Below, one piece after another: positions 34,296 through 47,167 of a DNA stretch of 64,000 nucleotides. Every line of letters begins with the position of its first letter. The first letter of the stretch is position 1. Made by a program: the position numbers and the translations under genes. Under the pieces are notes generated by a model. It was not told the origin of the DNA. It saw only the letters and a list, made by a program, of their open reading frames with translations, and did no database searches. Source of the DNA: Scyliorhinus canicula (lineage: Eukaryota); assembly GCF_902713615.1 (NCBI RefSeq), contig NC_052151.1:151051050-151115049 (forward strand). Direction: 5' to 3'.

Positions 34296-36959
34296 GTCAG
34301 CATAATTCTTACTAGGGTGAGGACTATTTAGCAAATGTTGTCCAATTGCATCTCATGTTGGCTATCTACAAGTGTACAGGACTCCTTTATAATCCATAAT
34401 GTAAGAAACACAACATGGGAATATTTACTACTTGTACTATTTGGGGCAAACCAAATCAAACTTGCCCTTGCACCAGTTTTGCCCGTTGACTGCAATTTTG
34501 CATTGAATTGTCGATTTGCGTGATGGAATAAATAAATATTTAATATATCCTGTGACTAAGTATTATTGTGATTAACTGGAGGAAAACACTTCACATCATC
34601 ATCTGCTAATCAATGTCAACAGATAAAAGACAATAGATGCCGACATCACAGTGCATACTTTACAATATTCTTGTTTAGATAAAAAAGAGGCAGAGTTTTT
34701 GGCTGACCATGGCATACCATGACCCAGCTACCAACAACCTGGCTGGGGTTGCGGGGATAGGGTAGGGGAGTGGGCTGAGAAAGGATGCTCTTTCAGAGTG
34801 TTGGTGCGCACTTGATGGCCAAATGGCCTCCTTCTGCACTGTAGTGATTCTATGATCGCTGTATTTTTAAGCAAGGAAAAAGGAACACCAGGGAGATAGA
34901 GATTCCAAGGTCATGGATGTAGTACTGGAAGTCTGAATGGTGGGGTGGACAGGACGAGAGATACCATGGTTCTGTGGGTGCCAGGGGACCTTCAAAAATA
35001 GCACTCAGAATAGCTCTGAGTAGGTAGCCAGGGAGGTCAGTTCCCAGCTGACTCCCAAGGACCTAGCAGCAATGCCATAACAAATTTAATGACCTCATGT
35101 GTGATTTCATCTTCCCAAGAAATAACCAGCCATTGCATCTCCAGCTTCTCATGTTGCTCAATGCAAAACAACCCATCAACCCACAGTCCAAAGATGTGCG
35201 GGTTAGGTGGATTGGCTATGCTAAATTGCCCGTAGTGTCCTAAAAAGTAAGGTTAAGGGGGGAGTTGTTGGGTTACGGGTATAGGGTGGATGCGTGGGTT
35301 TGAGTGGGGTGATCATTGCTCGGCACAACATCGAGGGCCGAAGGGCCTGTTCTGTGCTGTACTGTTCTATGTTCTATAATCACTCAACACCAGCCCATTG
35401 CTTTCAGGACTCAGTTAATATCTAGATACCACACCTCATTTTCACATAAATACAATGCTGCGATCCTCAAATCCAGTTATCATTACCTCCAGCCATTCGG
35501 TGATAGCTGGCAAATCATTGAAAAACATGTTACACAATCACTGAGACTCTGTCCTCTTGCAGGACAAGGTGGCACACAAAAGAAAGAAGTGGAGCAGAGC
35601 CACTGGGGAAGTTTGCCTACATCTCCTGAGCCCGATGGTTTGTCAGATGCCTATGGCAGCATTGAAAACATTCAGGATGACAGTCTGTCTGTTGCAGTCT
35701 TATGCCCCTTTCCAACTCCCACCTCACCCTGCTACCTGACATGATGAGCAATGTGCTGATGGTGTTACCAGGGATCTCTTGCTTTCCAACCCATCCCTCT
35801 CCACCTCCTTCATCCAACCTCCCTCTTTTGACTTTCTGCTTTCAAAAATGCAAGAAATGGTGTCTGTCCAGCTCAGCCGCCCCTGGACATGGTGCAGCAA
35901 CAGCATTTATGAAGGCGTCCCCTAACACTTGCAGCCATCTCCTCCGATACTGCCATTGCATGTACCTTGAAGGCCAGTATAGATTTAGGAGCAGGAGATA
36001 ATGAGTTACTGGGGAGAAGTAACATCTGGTTCACTAATGTCCGTGTGGAAGGAAATCTGCCATCCTTACCTGGTCTAGCCTACATGTGACTCCAGACCCA
36101 CTAAATGTAGTTGACTCTTAACTGCTCCTCAAGGGCAATTAGGGATGGCAATAAATGTTGGCACAGCCTGCAACGCCCATATCCCATGAACACATTTTTT
36201 AAAAAGCCAGACCAGATGTTTTGTGTACTAGCTGATCAGGAGAGGTTGCAGATGGGTTCTACAGGGGATCGGATGAAGACTTTGATGGGACAACAAACAA
36301 GAAGATGTGGAAGATAAGGCATGAACTTATTGAAATGACCTATGTGGAACAAATTTGGAAAATAGGCGTCACATTATCAACCAGAGATATGTGATGTCAT
36401 GATAGGATCCGTTCAGTTGCTTTTGTGCTTGTAGGGATGCCTGTGAAAATATCCTTCTTAAGATGGTATGCTGCGGACGTTCGGTGGTGGCCATGAAGTG
36501 AAGTTCGCACATAAGGTGCCTCCTGCCCTATGGGTGCTGTGCAGGTGACAAAATTATATAGTAGAAGAGTTATAATTCCTCCTTTGGTGGATTCCTCCTT
36601 TGGTGTGGGATATCGGGGCGGCACAGTGGGATTAAGGGACGGCTCTGTAGCACAGTGGTCAGCACTGTTGCTTCACAGCGCCAGGGTCCCAGGTTCAATT
36701 CCCAGCTTGGGTCACTGTCTGTGCGGAGTCTGCACGTTTCCCTGTGTCTGCGTGGGTTTCCTCCGAGTGCTCTGGTTTCCTCCCACAAGTCCTGAAAGAC
36801 GTGCTGTTAGGGAATTTGGACATTCTGAATTCTCCCTCTGTGTACCCGAACAAGCGCCAGAATGTGGCGACTAGGGGATTTTCACAGTAACTTCATTGCA
36901 GTGTTAATGTAAGCCTACTTGTGACAATGAAGATTATTATTATATCTAAAGATTACCAA

Positions 36960-39900
36960 ACGAGGAGTGTGTGAAGTAAAGGGCTCTCATCGGACTCCGA
37001 GGACAGGGGAAAACATAGCGGATGAATCTCTGTCGTCGTTGCCCGCTCGGTAGTGGACTGAGAAGTTTGTGGAGTTTTTGATGGGGGAATTTTGAAGTCA
37101 GAGATCTGCGGTCACTGACAGTCCTGCAAATGTGACTAAGTCAATTCGAACAGTTCTGGAAAGGGTGGATCACCGGTTGGAGGCGCAGATTTCGTCAATC
37201 CAGAAGGTGGAATGACAGTCACGGATCATGAAGATCAGATTGCCTCCTTGAGGCAGAGGTGATGATGTTGGCAGAGGGGCAAAAAAGTATGAAGGCCAAA
37301 ATCGATGGCCTGGAGAATCGCTCCAGACGACAGAATTTGAGGATTGTCGGGCTGCCCAAGAGCACTGAAGGTGCGAAGGCCACAGAGTATGTGGCAAAGA
37401 TGTTCGGGCAGCTGGTGGGGAAGGGGGTCTTTGCACACCCCCCAAAGTGGATTGCGCCCATCGGTCCTCGAGGAAGAAGCCCTAATCTGGGGAACTGTCA
37501 CGGGTGATCATAGTCCAACTCCACAGGTACAAGGAAAAGATCCTGAGGTGGGCGAAGGAAACATGAGAATGCAGATGGGAAGGTCACACCGTTGGAATTT
37601 ACCACGACTAGGGAGCGGAACAGGTGAAAAGGCAAGCGGGCTTTAATAAGGCCAAGGCGGCTCTTTAGAAGAGCAAATGGAAATTCAGAATGGTGTACCC
37701 GGCTCACCTGTGGGTCACGTATGGGAACAGAGACCATTATTTCGACATGCTGGGGGGGGCGAACAATTTCTCCAGGAGCATGGACAGGGGGACATTTGGA
37801 TGTAATGGGTGGTTTCACCTGCGAGGTGAAATTTTGGATTTGTGTATTTTCTTCCAATTCTCGAAAGTGCATAATGAACAACACCCATGAATTGTAGAAT
37901 CCCTCCATCCTTCCCCTCTGTTCAAATTTGACCTTCTCAAGAATTCCAGCAGGTCCCCCCGCCACGTCAGGGCACAGGGTGGAGATGTTACTCTCCAATC
38001 CTAACAGGATCCACCTTCGAGCAATAATTGAGGTGAAGGCTACAATATCTGCCACCGTGCCCGTTTCCAATCCCGGCTGATCCGGCACCCCGAATATGGC
38101 CTCCCGAGGGCCCAGGTCCACTTTCACGCACACCACTTCAGGGATTACCCTAAAAACCTCCTTCCAGTAATCCTCCAGCTTTGGACATGTGAATGTGATT
38201 TGCCCCCCCGCAATGTTCACACACATCTTCTACCCCCTCAAAGAGCCGGCTCATCCTCACCCTTGTAAGGTGCACTCTATACACCACCTTCAACTGTATG
38301 AGCCCCAACCTCGCACACGAGGTGGAGGCATTCACCCTCTGGAGCACCTGACAACAGAACCCCTTCTCCATACCCTTTCCCAACACTTCCTCTCACTTTG
38401 CCTCGATCCCTTTCAGCGGCACCTCCTTCTCTTCCAAAATAGCCTCGTAAACCGCCGATGCTACCCCCTTCTCCAGTCCCCCTGTCGTCAGCACCTCCTC
38501 CAGCAATGTGGAAGCAGAGAAGCGAGGTGGGAGAAAGGCTTGGCTGGTTATTTGGCGGGGTGGGGGTTATTTTCATTGTTTGTTGGGGGAATGAGCCTAA
38601 GGTGGTTGCGTTTCTTTGTTTGGTGTGGAGGAGGGATGGGAAATTGGTTGGTGTTCGGGGGGCGGAGCAGGGGGCGTTGGAGCCGGGAAGGAGTGGGATT
38701 AGGAGTGGGTTGCTGACGGTGAAGATGTGAAGGCCAGAGTACGTGGCAAAGATGCTTGGGCAGCTTGTGGGGGAGGGGGTGTTTGCACATCTTCCCAAAG
38801 TGGATGGAGGTGGGGATGGCTGGTTGGGTGGGCCTGGAATCTGGGAGAGGCAGGGCCCCGTTGGACTTGCTAATTGGTAGTGTTTGGATGATTGGGGGGT
38901 GGTGCCTATCGGGAGTTTTTGCACCTGGAAAAAATTAAGTATGACTAAAGCACGGTTGGATCCCGTTCGCTGGGCGGGGCCGGTTAACAAGACTGACAGG
39001 GGGCGTGGGGGGAGGGTGGTGGGGGTGGGGCTGGGGGTGGTGGTGAGAGACCCCCCCACGTTTGAATAGTAACGTGGAATGTGCGTGGGTTGTGTGAACC
39101 GGTGAATCAGGCGAGCGTCTTCTCGCATTTGAAGAGCTGGGGAGCCGATGTGCTGTTGCAGGAGGCCCACTTGAGGGTGAAGGATCAGGTGAAGCTTTGG
39201 AAGGGCTGCGTGAGTCAGGTGTTCCACTCAGACTTCGCTAGCAGGTCCCGGGGGTAGTGATCCTGGTGAGTAAGAGAATGAGAAGATGGAGAAGGTGGTG
39301 GTGGATCAGGGGGCAGGTACTTTATAGTAACGGTGCTTTGGAGGGGAAGTTGGTGGTGCTGGTCAGCCCCGAATTGGGATGCTGTTGGGTTTATGAAGAG
39401 GATGGTGGCTGCCATACCAAATTTGGATACGCTTCAGTTCATTTTGGGTGGCGTCTTAAATACTGTGTTGCATTTTAAGGTGGAATGGTCTAAGCTGTGC
39501 TTGCGGATGGGATGTATGCGGAGGATTCCACTCCGGAATCTCTGGTGAGTAGAAAGGAATTGCAGGTTTGACCTTGTGTGTACAGGGAAAGCGGTACAGC
39601 AGGTGAGAGAGGCAAAGGGGTAGATTATGAGTATGAGAATGCCATCTCCGCCAGCAGCGCAAGAGATTGTTTGGGTCAGGGATGGGGCAAGGGTGCTGGT
39701 GGTGGTGCTGGAGCAGGTGAGCAAAGCATTTGAGGAGGTTTATAAAAGGTTGTATAGGTCGGAGCCCATGACAGATGATCGGATACGAAAGATTTCTTGG
39801 GTGGGGGTTGGTGTGTCCTAGAGTAGGAAAGGAGGAGGGGGCAGGGCTGGGCTGGAGGAGCCAGTGGGGAGTGAGGAGGCTCGAGCGGCGATAGGGAAGA

Positions 39901-42560
39901 TGCAAACGGGTAAAGCCCAAGGGCCGGATGGGTTCCCGATGGAGTTTTAAAAAATGTTTTTAGATCGGCTGGTGCCACTGTTGGTGGAGATGTTTCAGTA
40001 TGTTGTGGCTAAGGAGGCACTCCCGGAGATGATGGGACAGGCATCCATTTTACTGGTGAAAAAAAGGATAAGGACCTGGTAGAGTGTGGATCATATAGGC
40101 CTGCTAAATGTGGATGTCAAGATTCTTTCCAAGGTGTTGATGCTTAGGTTGGAAGAGTGCTTCCCGCAGGTGATTGAGGACGATTAAACGGGACTTGTAA
40201 AGGGTAGGCAGTTGTTTGCAGCATTTGTTGAACGTGCTCTTGGTGCTCTCGCTGTCAGAAGGTAGGGAGCCAGAGATGGTGGTACAGCTGGACTCAAAGA
40301 AGGCATTTGAGCATGTAGAGTGGAGTTAGTTATTTGGGGTGTTGGAGAGGTTTGGTATTGTGCCTGAGTTTATGGCATGGGTTAAATTGTCATTTAGGCA
40401 TTGGCACAGTGGCTAGTACAGCTGCCTCATGACGCTGAGGACCCAGGTTTGATCTCGGCTCTGGGTCACTGTCCATGTGGAGTCTGCACATGTCTGGGTG
40501 GGTCTCACCCCCACAACCCAAAAATATGTGCAGTGTAGGTGATTGGCCACGCTAAATTGGCCCTTAATTTAAAAAAAAAATTGGGTATTCTAAATATATA
40601 TTTTTTAATTGTTACTTAGGGGACTGAAGGCAAGTAGACGAATGAATGAGGTGAATTTGGGGTATTTTTAGTTACATAGGGGAACGAGGCATGGTTGTCC
40701 CTTATCCCCCCTCCTGTTTGTGCTGGTGATAGAGCCCTTGGCAATTGCGTTGAGGTGCTCAGATACGTAGAGTGGGTTAGTTGCCCGGGGGGGGGGGGGG
40801 GGGGGGGGGGGGAAGCATGGGATGTCTTTGTATGCCAATGATTTGTTGTTGTACATATCCAACCCGGGTTCCATGGTGGGGATATAACAGGGCTGCTCAG
40901 GAGATTCGGGCCTTTTTCAGGTTATAAGCTGAATCTAGAAAAGAGTGAGTGCTTTTTTGGTGTCTTCGTTGGGGACGGGAGGTGGCTTGGGGGTTGCCGT
41001 TTTGGCTGGTGACTACCCACTTTAGGTACTTGGTGTGCAGGTGGCTCGAGACTGGGCCCAGCTTCGTAAATTGAATTTCACAGGCCTTGTGGGTAGGGTC
41101 AAGACGGATTTGTTGAAATGGGACATCCTCCCCCTGTCATTGGCAGGCGGTAAACATGAATATCTTGCCAGAGTTTTTATTTTTATTTCAGTGCTTACCG
41201 GTATTTTTGCTGAAAGCTTTTTTTTATGGGGGTAGAACGGTAGATTTTGACGTGTCTCTGGGCCGGTAAGGAGCAAGGATTCAGAAGACGGTGCTTCAGA
41301 GGGCAGCAGTCAGGGGTCTGGCCCTTCTAAACCTTTTGGATTATAATTGGGCGGTGGACAGCGAACACAGAAGATGAGGATGTGGGTGAGGATGGAAGCA
41401 GGCTCTAGTGGGGGGGGGGGGGGGGGGTTGTTGCGGGCACTGGTAACACTGCCACTTCTGTTTGCCCCAGATAAATAATTGGAGAGTTTGGTAGTGGTGG
41501 CCACGTTAAAGATGTGGAGGCAATTTCGGCAGCACTTTAGGTTAGGGGCGGAGTCGAAGCTGATACCAATCTGAGGGAATCACGGGATTGAGCCGGCAAG
41601 GCTGGATGATAGATTTCGGCGATGGGAGGTGGAGGGGGGGTTGATGGAAATGAAGGACTTATTTCTCGAAGGGCGGTTTGTGAGTTTGGAGTCGTCGATG
41701 GAGAAGTTTGGGAGTCCGCAGAAGGCTTTTAGATATATGTAGGTGCGGGATTTTGCGACAGTTTTGCCGACTTTTGTGGTGGCTGCATCCTCCTCTGTTG
41801 GAGGGCGTGTGGTCAGTGATGGGGCTGGAGGGGGGTTGGTCATCTCGGCGATCTATGGGAGGATTTGGCATCGTTGGCGGAGGTTAAAGCTAAGTGGGAT
41901 GAGGAGCTGGGGATGGCATTGTGGTGTGAGGTGTTGTGGAGGGTGAAGGCCTCAACCTGGTGTGTGAGGCTAGGGTTGATACAGGTAAAGGTGGTACACA
42001 GAGCACACTGAAGAAGTCAAGGATGAACCGGTTGTTTGAGGGGGTGCAGGACTTATGAACTGTGTGGGAGCGGCCTGTCCAAGCATGTACATCTGTTCTG
42101 GTCCTGCCCGACGTTGGGAGAAATTTAGGAGGTTGTTTTTCAGCACTATGCCAACAATCCTGCATGTGGATTTGGAGCCCAGTCTCCTGGCGGCCTTATT
42201 TTGGGTGTCGGACTTGCTGGGGCTGCAGATGGGAATGGGAGTTGAAGTTTTACCCTTCACCTCGCTGATTGCTCGCATGCGAGTCATGTTGGCGTGGAGG
42301 TCAGCCACTCTGGCCCATGCCTCAGTATGGCTGGGGAACTTGATGGGAGTTCCTATACTTGAGGAAGGTTAAGTTCATTTTGAGAGGGGGGGGGGGGGGA
42401 AAGAGAGAGGGGTTCCACAAGAGATAGGGTCTGTTTATATTACACTTTAGAATTGGTTACAGTCAGCTGCTAGGGGGTGGGGTTTGTTGTGAGTTACTGG
42501 GGATGTTTTGTTGTTTTACTTTGTGGTGTTGTATATTTAAAATGATTAAAATATTTTTAA
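36960..42560 (+). mobile_element. Large degraded L1-clade element(s): ORF1 (36960-37800), inverted ORF2 3' fragment (~37848-38522), ORF2 to 3'UTR (~39050-42560), SINE at ~40400-40610
   Basis: LENRSRRQNLRIVGLP ORF1 motif; remnant [24 protein letters not shown] and YANDLLL motifs; many stops and frameshifts. Confidence 0.85.
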
Positions 42561-42758
42561 AAATAGATTTATGCCATTAAGGGATCGGAGGAGAGGTTCA
42601 ATTCGAGGTGGAGGCTGTTTATCACCTTCAAGAATTGGTAGTCGTCAGCAAGCGGGGGCGGGGGAGAGGTTTGCATAAAGGAGGGACATATTTGTGGGAA
42701 TATGTAATAGACTGAGTGTTTGTTGTAACATAAAAAATGTCTTGAATAAAAATATTTT

Positions 42759-42924
42759 CCAACAGGTTTGTTTCAAGCACTAGCTTTTGGAGCACTGCTC
42801 CTTCCTCAGGTGAATGAGCTGTGCTCCGAAAGCTAGTGTTTGAAACAAACCTGTTGGGACTTTAACCTGGTGTTGGAAGACTTCTTCCTGTGCTCACCCA
42901 GTCCAACGCTGGCATCTCCACATC
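42759..42924. mobile_element. Second palindromic Penelope-type element, same family as 31579-31775, opposite orientation
   Basis: Shared GCTCCGAAAGCTAGTGTTTGAAACAAACCTG arm and GGCATCTCCACATC end. Confidence 0.8.
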
Positions 42925-43427
42925 AAAATTATTTTCAAGATAGAAATGGTGTGCTGTATCTGCTGTGCCCGAGGTGGTTCATGGCACTGTGCGGAACCTG
43001 AGTGTGATCGCCTTCAATATCATATCTGAATTTCACACCTATATTCTGGATTCGAGCTAAGCCAGGAAGAACGTTAAGCTAATCATCTATGGAAGCGTTT
43101 TCCACAGGCAATATATAAAACGTAAATTCGGCTTCTTAAACTGAAAATAGATGATTGGAAAGGCTATAATGATATATGGCAGTAAGATATTTAAAATAAT
43201 ATTTCTGCTATAACTTTTTAAAAAATGGCAAGAGCTGGTTTCATGGGCCAAATTATTTACATCCATTCCTGTTCTTCATGAACATTCTGCTTTGAAAGTC
43301 AGGTCACAGGTTTAGTTTGAAAGAAAACATCTTATCCCAGTTGTTTTGATATAGAATTCCCATTTTATCTTATCCAAACACATGTAAAGCAATAAATTCT
43401 ATTAACATTTTTTCTTCTTTTTGGCAG

Positions 43428-43577
43428 GACATTTTGCACAGACATCCATTGTACTTGATAGTGCGAATGATCGGTTATGACGATGGCTTGGGAATGGGAA
43501 AAAGCCTCCTTGCTCTCAAAACCACCAATGAAAATCAGAATGAATATAGTATCTGTGTGTATCAATGTAATAGCCTG
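43428..43577 (+). CDS. ITGB1BP1: ITGB1BP1 coding exon 5 (50-aa in-frame exon, equivalent to the one missing in ICAP1-beta)
   Basis: [50 protein letters not shown]; CAG acceptor, GTGAGA donor; 150 nt. Confidence 0.96.
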
Positions 43578-43954
43578 GTGAGAAATGTTTTTTCTCTTTT
43601 GTTTATCATTTGACCTTTAATCTCTTAAAAAATGTAGGTGGTTGGCATTTCAACCAGATCAATGCAGGAAACACAAGTTGCATCTGCTACTTCCTTATTA
43701 GTGATATTGTAAATGCATATATACACACATTGGACAGGTGACCAAAATGTGCAATTTGAATGAAGGAAACTAACCAAAACTAATTGTATGTGACTTTGGT
43801 GAATAATCCTACCTGATATGTGTGTCACATGTAGCTGAAGAACATCAGAAGGGTAACTGTTGGATCCTTGGAGGACTTGAGGTAATGGGTTTGGGGCAGG
43901 AAATGAAGACGTTGGAGATGTTACAGCTATGCTTGACTAGGAAAGAATGGAACA

Positions 43955-44262
43955 CAGGGAGCGTCATAATGGTTAGCACAGCTCCAGGGTCCCAGGTTCG
44001 ATTCCCGGCTGGGTCACTGTCTGTGCGGAGTCTGTACATTCTCCCCGTGTGTGCATGGGTTTCCTCCCAGTGCTCCAGTTTCCACCCACAGTCCAAAGAT
44101 GTGTGGGTTAGGTGGATTGCCCCTTCATGTCAAAAACATGTTAAGTGGGGGTTACTGGGATAGGGTAGATACGTCAGCTTCAGTAGTGGCTCTTTGTAAG
44201 GGCCGGTGCAGACTCAATGGGCCGAATGGTCTCCTCCTGCACTGTAAATTCTATGATTCTAT
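43955..44262 (+). mobile_element. tRNA-SINE (HE1-like); another copy at ~46505-46842
   Basis: B-box GGTTCGATTCCC, V-like core, TTCTATGA tail. Confidence 0.8.
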
Positions 44263-45185
44263 GGTATGGTTAACTGTATTAAAGGCTTCAAAATAGGTTG
44301 AGGGAAGGAATAGTGCACTCATCATAGAATATTTATTTGACTTTGATTCAGGACATTTCAGTGCTACAGCAGAGGAATTTGGGTGTCTGTGTACAAGAAA
44401 CAATTAGCATGGAGGTAGTAAGTAATTGGGCAATTACTGCAAGAGGGGTTGGAGTATAAGAATAACAAAGTTATGCTGCAGTTGTACAGGGTTTTGAGAC
44501 CACATCTGAAGTACTGCCCACAATTTTGGACCAAATTCTCAAGAAATGCAAGTGGAAAAAAGGTTCATTAGATTTCCTGGGATGAGGGGCTATCCTAATC
44601 TCTGGAGTTCAGAAGAATGAGGGGTGATCTCATTGAAACACAAGACTGAGAGCTTCAGAGGATAAAGACTCTCCTAGCTGGAGAGTCAAGTACTAAGGCA
44701 TAAGTCCCAGGATTATGGAATTGTCATTTAGGACAGTGGTGAAGAAAAAGCTTTTACAATCAGGATTGTGAATCTTGTGGATGCTCAGTCATTGAGAATA
44801 TTCAAGGTCAACAGATTTTAACTCCAGCAAATCAATGTTCGTGGAGATTGAGCAGGAAAATGCAATTATGCTCATGTTGATCCTATTGCTTATGTTACTT
44901 GTCAGCATCAAAGCAATGGCCAGAATGACTGAGGCATTTTGAGCACTGATACTCTAATTCCATTGCTAATTTAGGATCACATTCTCATAGCATTATTTTG
45001 AAATTGATTGTGGCTGGCCTAATATTTGGCTGAACCTATGAAGCTCATTAAACATGTTAGAAATATTCACATATTTAATCAATTTATGTCTTGTGTAATC
45101 TAAAAAAGAAATTAGGCATTAACAAATAAAATTACATTCATAAATAGTCATCGTGATTGAGTAATCCAATCCTTTTCTGTTTCAG

Positions 45186-45257
45186 GAACAAGCTCAAACA
45201 ATCTGCAAAGTTCTGTCCACTGCATTTGATTCAGCACTTTCCTCAGAGAAATCCTAA
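45186..45257 (+). CDS. ITGB1BP1: ITGB1BP1 last coding exon (stop TAA at 45255-45257)
   Basis: EQAQTICKVLSTAFDSALSSEKS*; the six exons sum to 603 nt = 200 aa plus stop, the same length as human ICAP1-alpha. Confidence 0.96.
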   Translation, partial: EQAQTICKVLSTAFDSALSSEKS

Positions 45258-45575
45258 AATGACTAGTCTAAAGAATAAGTTTGGTAACTCATGATGTAGT
45301 TGCTTTGGTTATATATCTATGTTTGACTGCTTTCAACTACTATTGCTACCTTAGATCTGTGAACTAACATAAATTCTGAGATTTGAAGTTGCCAATATTT
45401 CAATTACTTTCATTAAAATGAGAAATATTGGTCTGTTTGTTGTATTATGCAAGTCTCCAATTTCACAGCAGTCTTTTAATGGGTTACATTACTATTTCAA
45501 TTGCAGAATGATTTAACTGTCAATTATTCTCATGGTTCCTTGAAGTAGACTGAAGTTTACTGCAGGCTTAAAGAA

Positions 45576-45923
45576 AATAAAAGTTTAGAAAATGCAAATA
45601 ATCACTGAAATGTAATAAATTTGTAGGAATCATGAAGCATTGCTTTGTGTAGTAATATTTCTTGGTCGGTGTTGGACCAATATTTTTGGTCGGTGTTGGA
45701 CCAATAATGAATAAGTTAGGTAATTTTATACTACATTGTATAATGATCAATCTATGTATGTACCTTGGCACTAATGTCTTTTTAAGCTAGATATATTTTA
45801 CAAATATTGTATAGGTCAATACTGGTTTCTAAAGTAAACAGCATTGCATTTCTTGCCTTTTCAAATTAAGTAAAAAAATAAGCAACATTGTAGCAGTTTA
45901 TATTGTAAGTTGTTACAAATAAA
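45576..45923 (+). terminator. Candidate ITGB1BP1 polyadenylation signals
   Basis: AATAAA at 45576, 45614 and 45918 downstream of the stop codon; which one is used cannot be told from sequence. Confidence 0.45.
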
Positions 45924-47062
45924 AGAAATATAGACATGTAAATTGCTCTACTTCCTATTAATATCGATCAGTCATAGAGGTGACAAAATGCTTTCTGTAG
46001 CCGATCAAACGAATAACATAGTCTTTTGAATGATGGATAAAGGAGCTGTCCTTTGATTAAATGAAAGGTTATTTACATAATTACCCTAAAGGTGGAGACC
46101 TCGCCAAGGTGCCGTTTAGTACTGGCCCACATTTGTAACGGCACCTGGGGGATTCTCCCAGGCCATTGGAGCCCGTGTGGTCGGTGACAGAGCAGGGTGG
46201 CACACTGGATCTCCATCTGGTACCACAACACTGCCTGGGTGCCAGGTATCGGGCCCAGGGGGCCTTATCAGGTGGAGAAGTGAGGGGAATTCCTGGAGGT
46301 CTCCCAGAGATAGGGCTGGTGAGAGGGCGGGGGGAGAAAGAGGAGAGGAGAGATCAGGGCATCTTTCCCAAATAGCACCCCAATCGGTGAGGAGCCTCCT
46401 TGCTGGCGAGCCACTTGCCAGCAGAAAGTGTGGCTTCTGCAGACAGAATCTCCTGGGCCAAAATAAATGGAAAAGTGCCATTGAAGAGCAAGATGTTTCT
46501 TGGTGCTGCAGCACGGTGGCATAGTGGTTAGTACTGCTGTCTCACAGCTCCAAAGACCCAGGTTCAATTCCTGCCTCGGGTGACTGTGTGGAGTTTGTAC
46601 TGCCGCGTCGACTCTGCATGGGTTTCCTCCGGGTACTCCCGTTTCTTCCCACAGTCCAAAACTGTCCAGTTTAGGTAGATTGGCCATGATAAATTGCCCT
46701 TAGTGTCCAACTGTTAGGTTGGGTTACCTAGTTACAGGGATAGGGTGGAAGTGTGGGCTTAAGTAGTGTGCTGTTTCAAGGGCCGGTTTAGACTTGATGG
46801 GCCAAATGGTATCCTTCTGCACTGTAAATTATATGATTCTATAAACGCACCCAAAACCAGAATTTCTATAATTTTTACAATATTGTGAAAATCAAGTAAC
46901 ATTCAAATTTGAGTTATATGTTGAATAATGAAGTGATCTCATGTAGCATAGACAGTAATCCAGCAGCTACTGTAATTTCAGAGCAGCTCATGTCTTTCAT
47001 CTCCCAAATGTACTCAACAAACAAAAGACTCGTACAAGCTAATATTCCCAGCCTGGAAACTA

Positions 47063-47167
47063 TTTATTGATTCAGGTGAAAATTTAACACATGAAATAAA
47101 TTCTACTGATTTAAAACTGCAGATATAAAGCTTTGTAGAAGAATTTAAATGTAGATGGTACTTTATT
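47063..47167 (-). terminator. Candidate ASAP2 polyadenylation signals (3'UTR ~2.1 kb, about 47040-49221)
   Basis: TTTATT on plus at 47063-47068 and 47162-47167; repeat-free AT-rich sequence from here up to the ASAP2 stop. Confidence 0.45.

Noticed and set aside
38277-39227. 316-aa Pro-rich minus-strand ORF
   Set aside because: Chance read-through of antisense G-rich L1 sequence into an inverted L1 fragment
45662-45704. Iron-responsive element
   Set aside because: Loop is not CAGUGN and there is no C bulge
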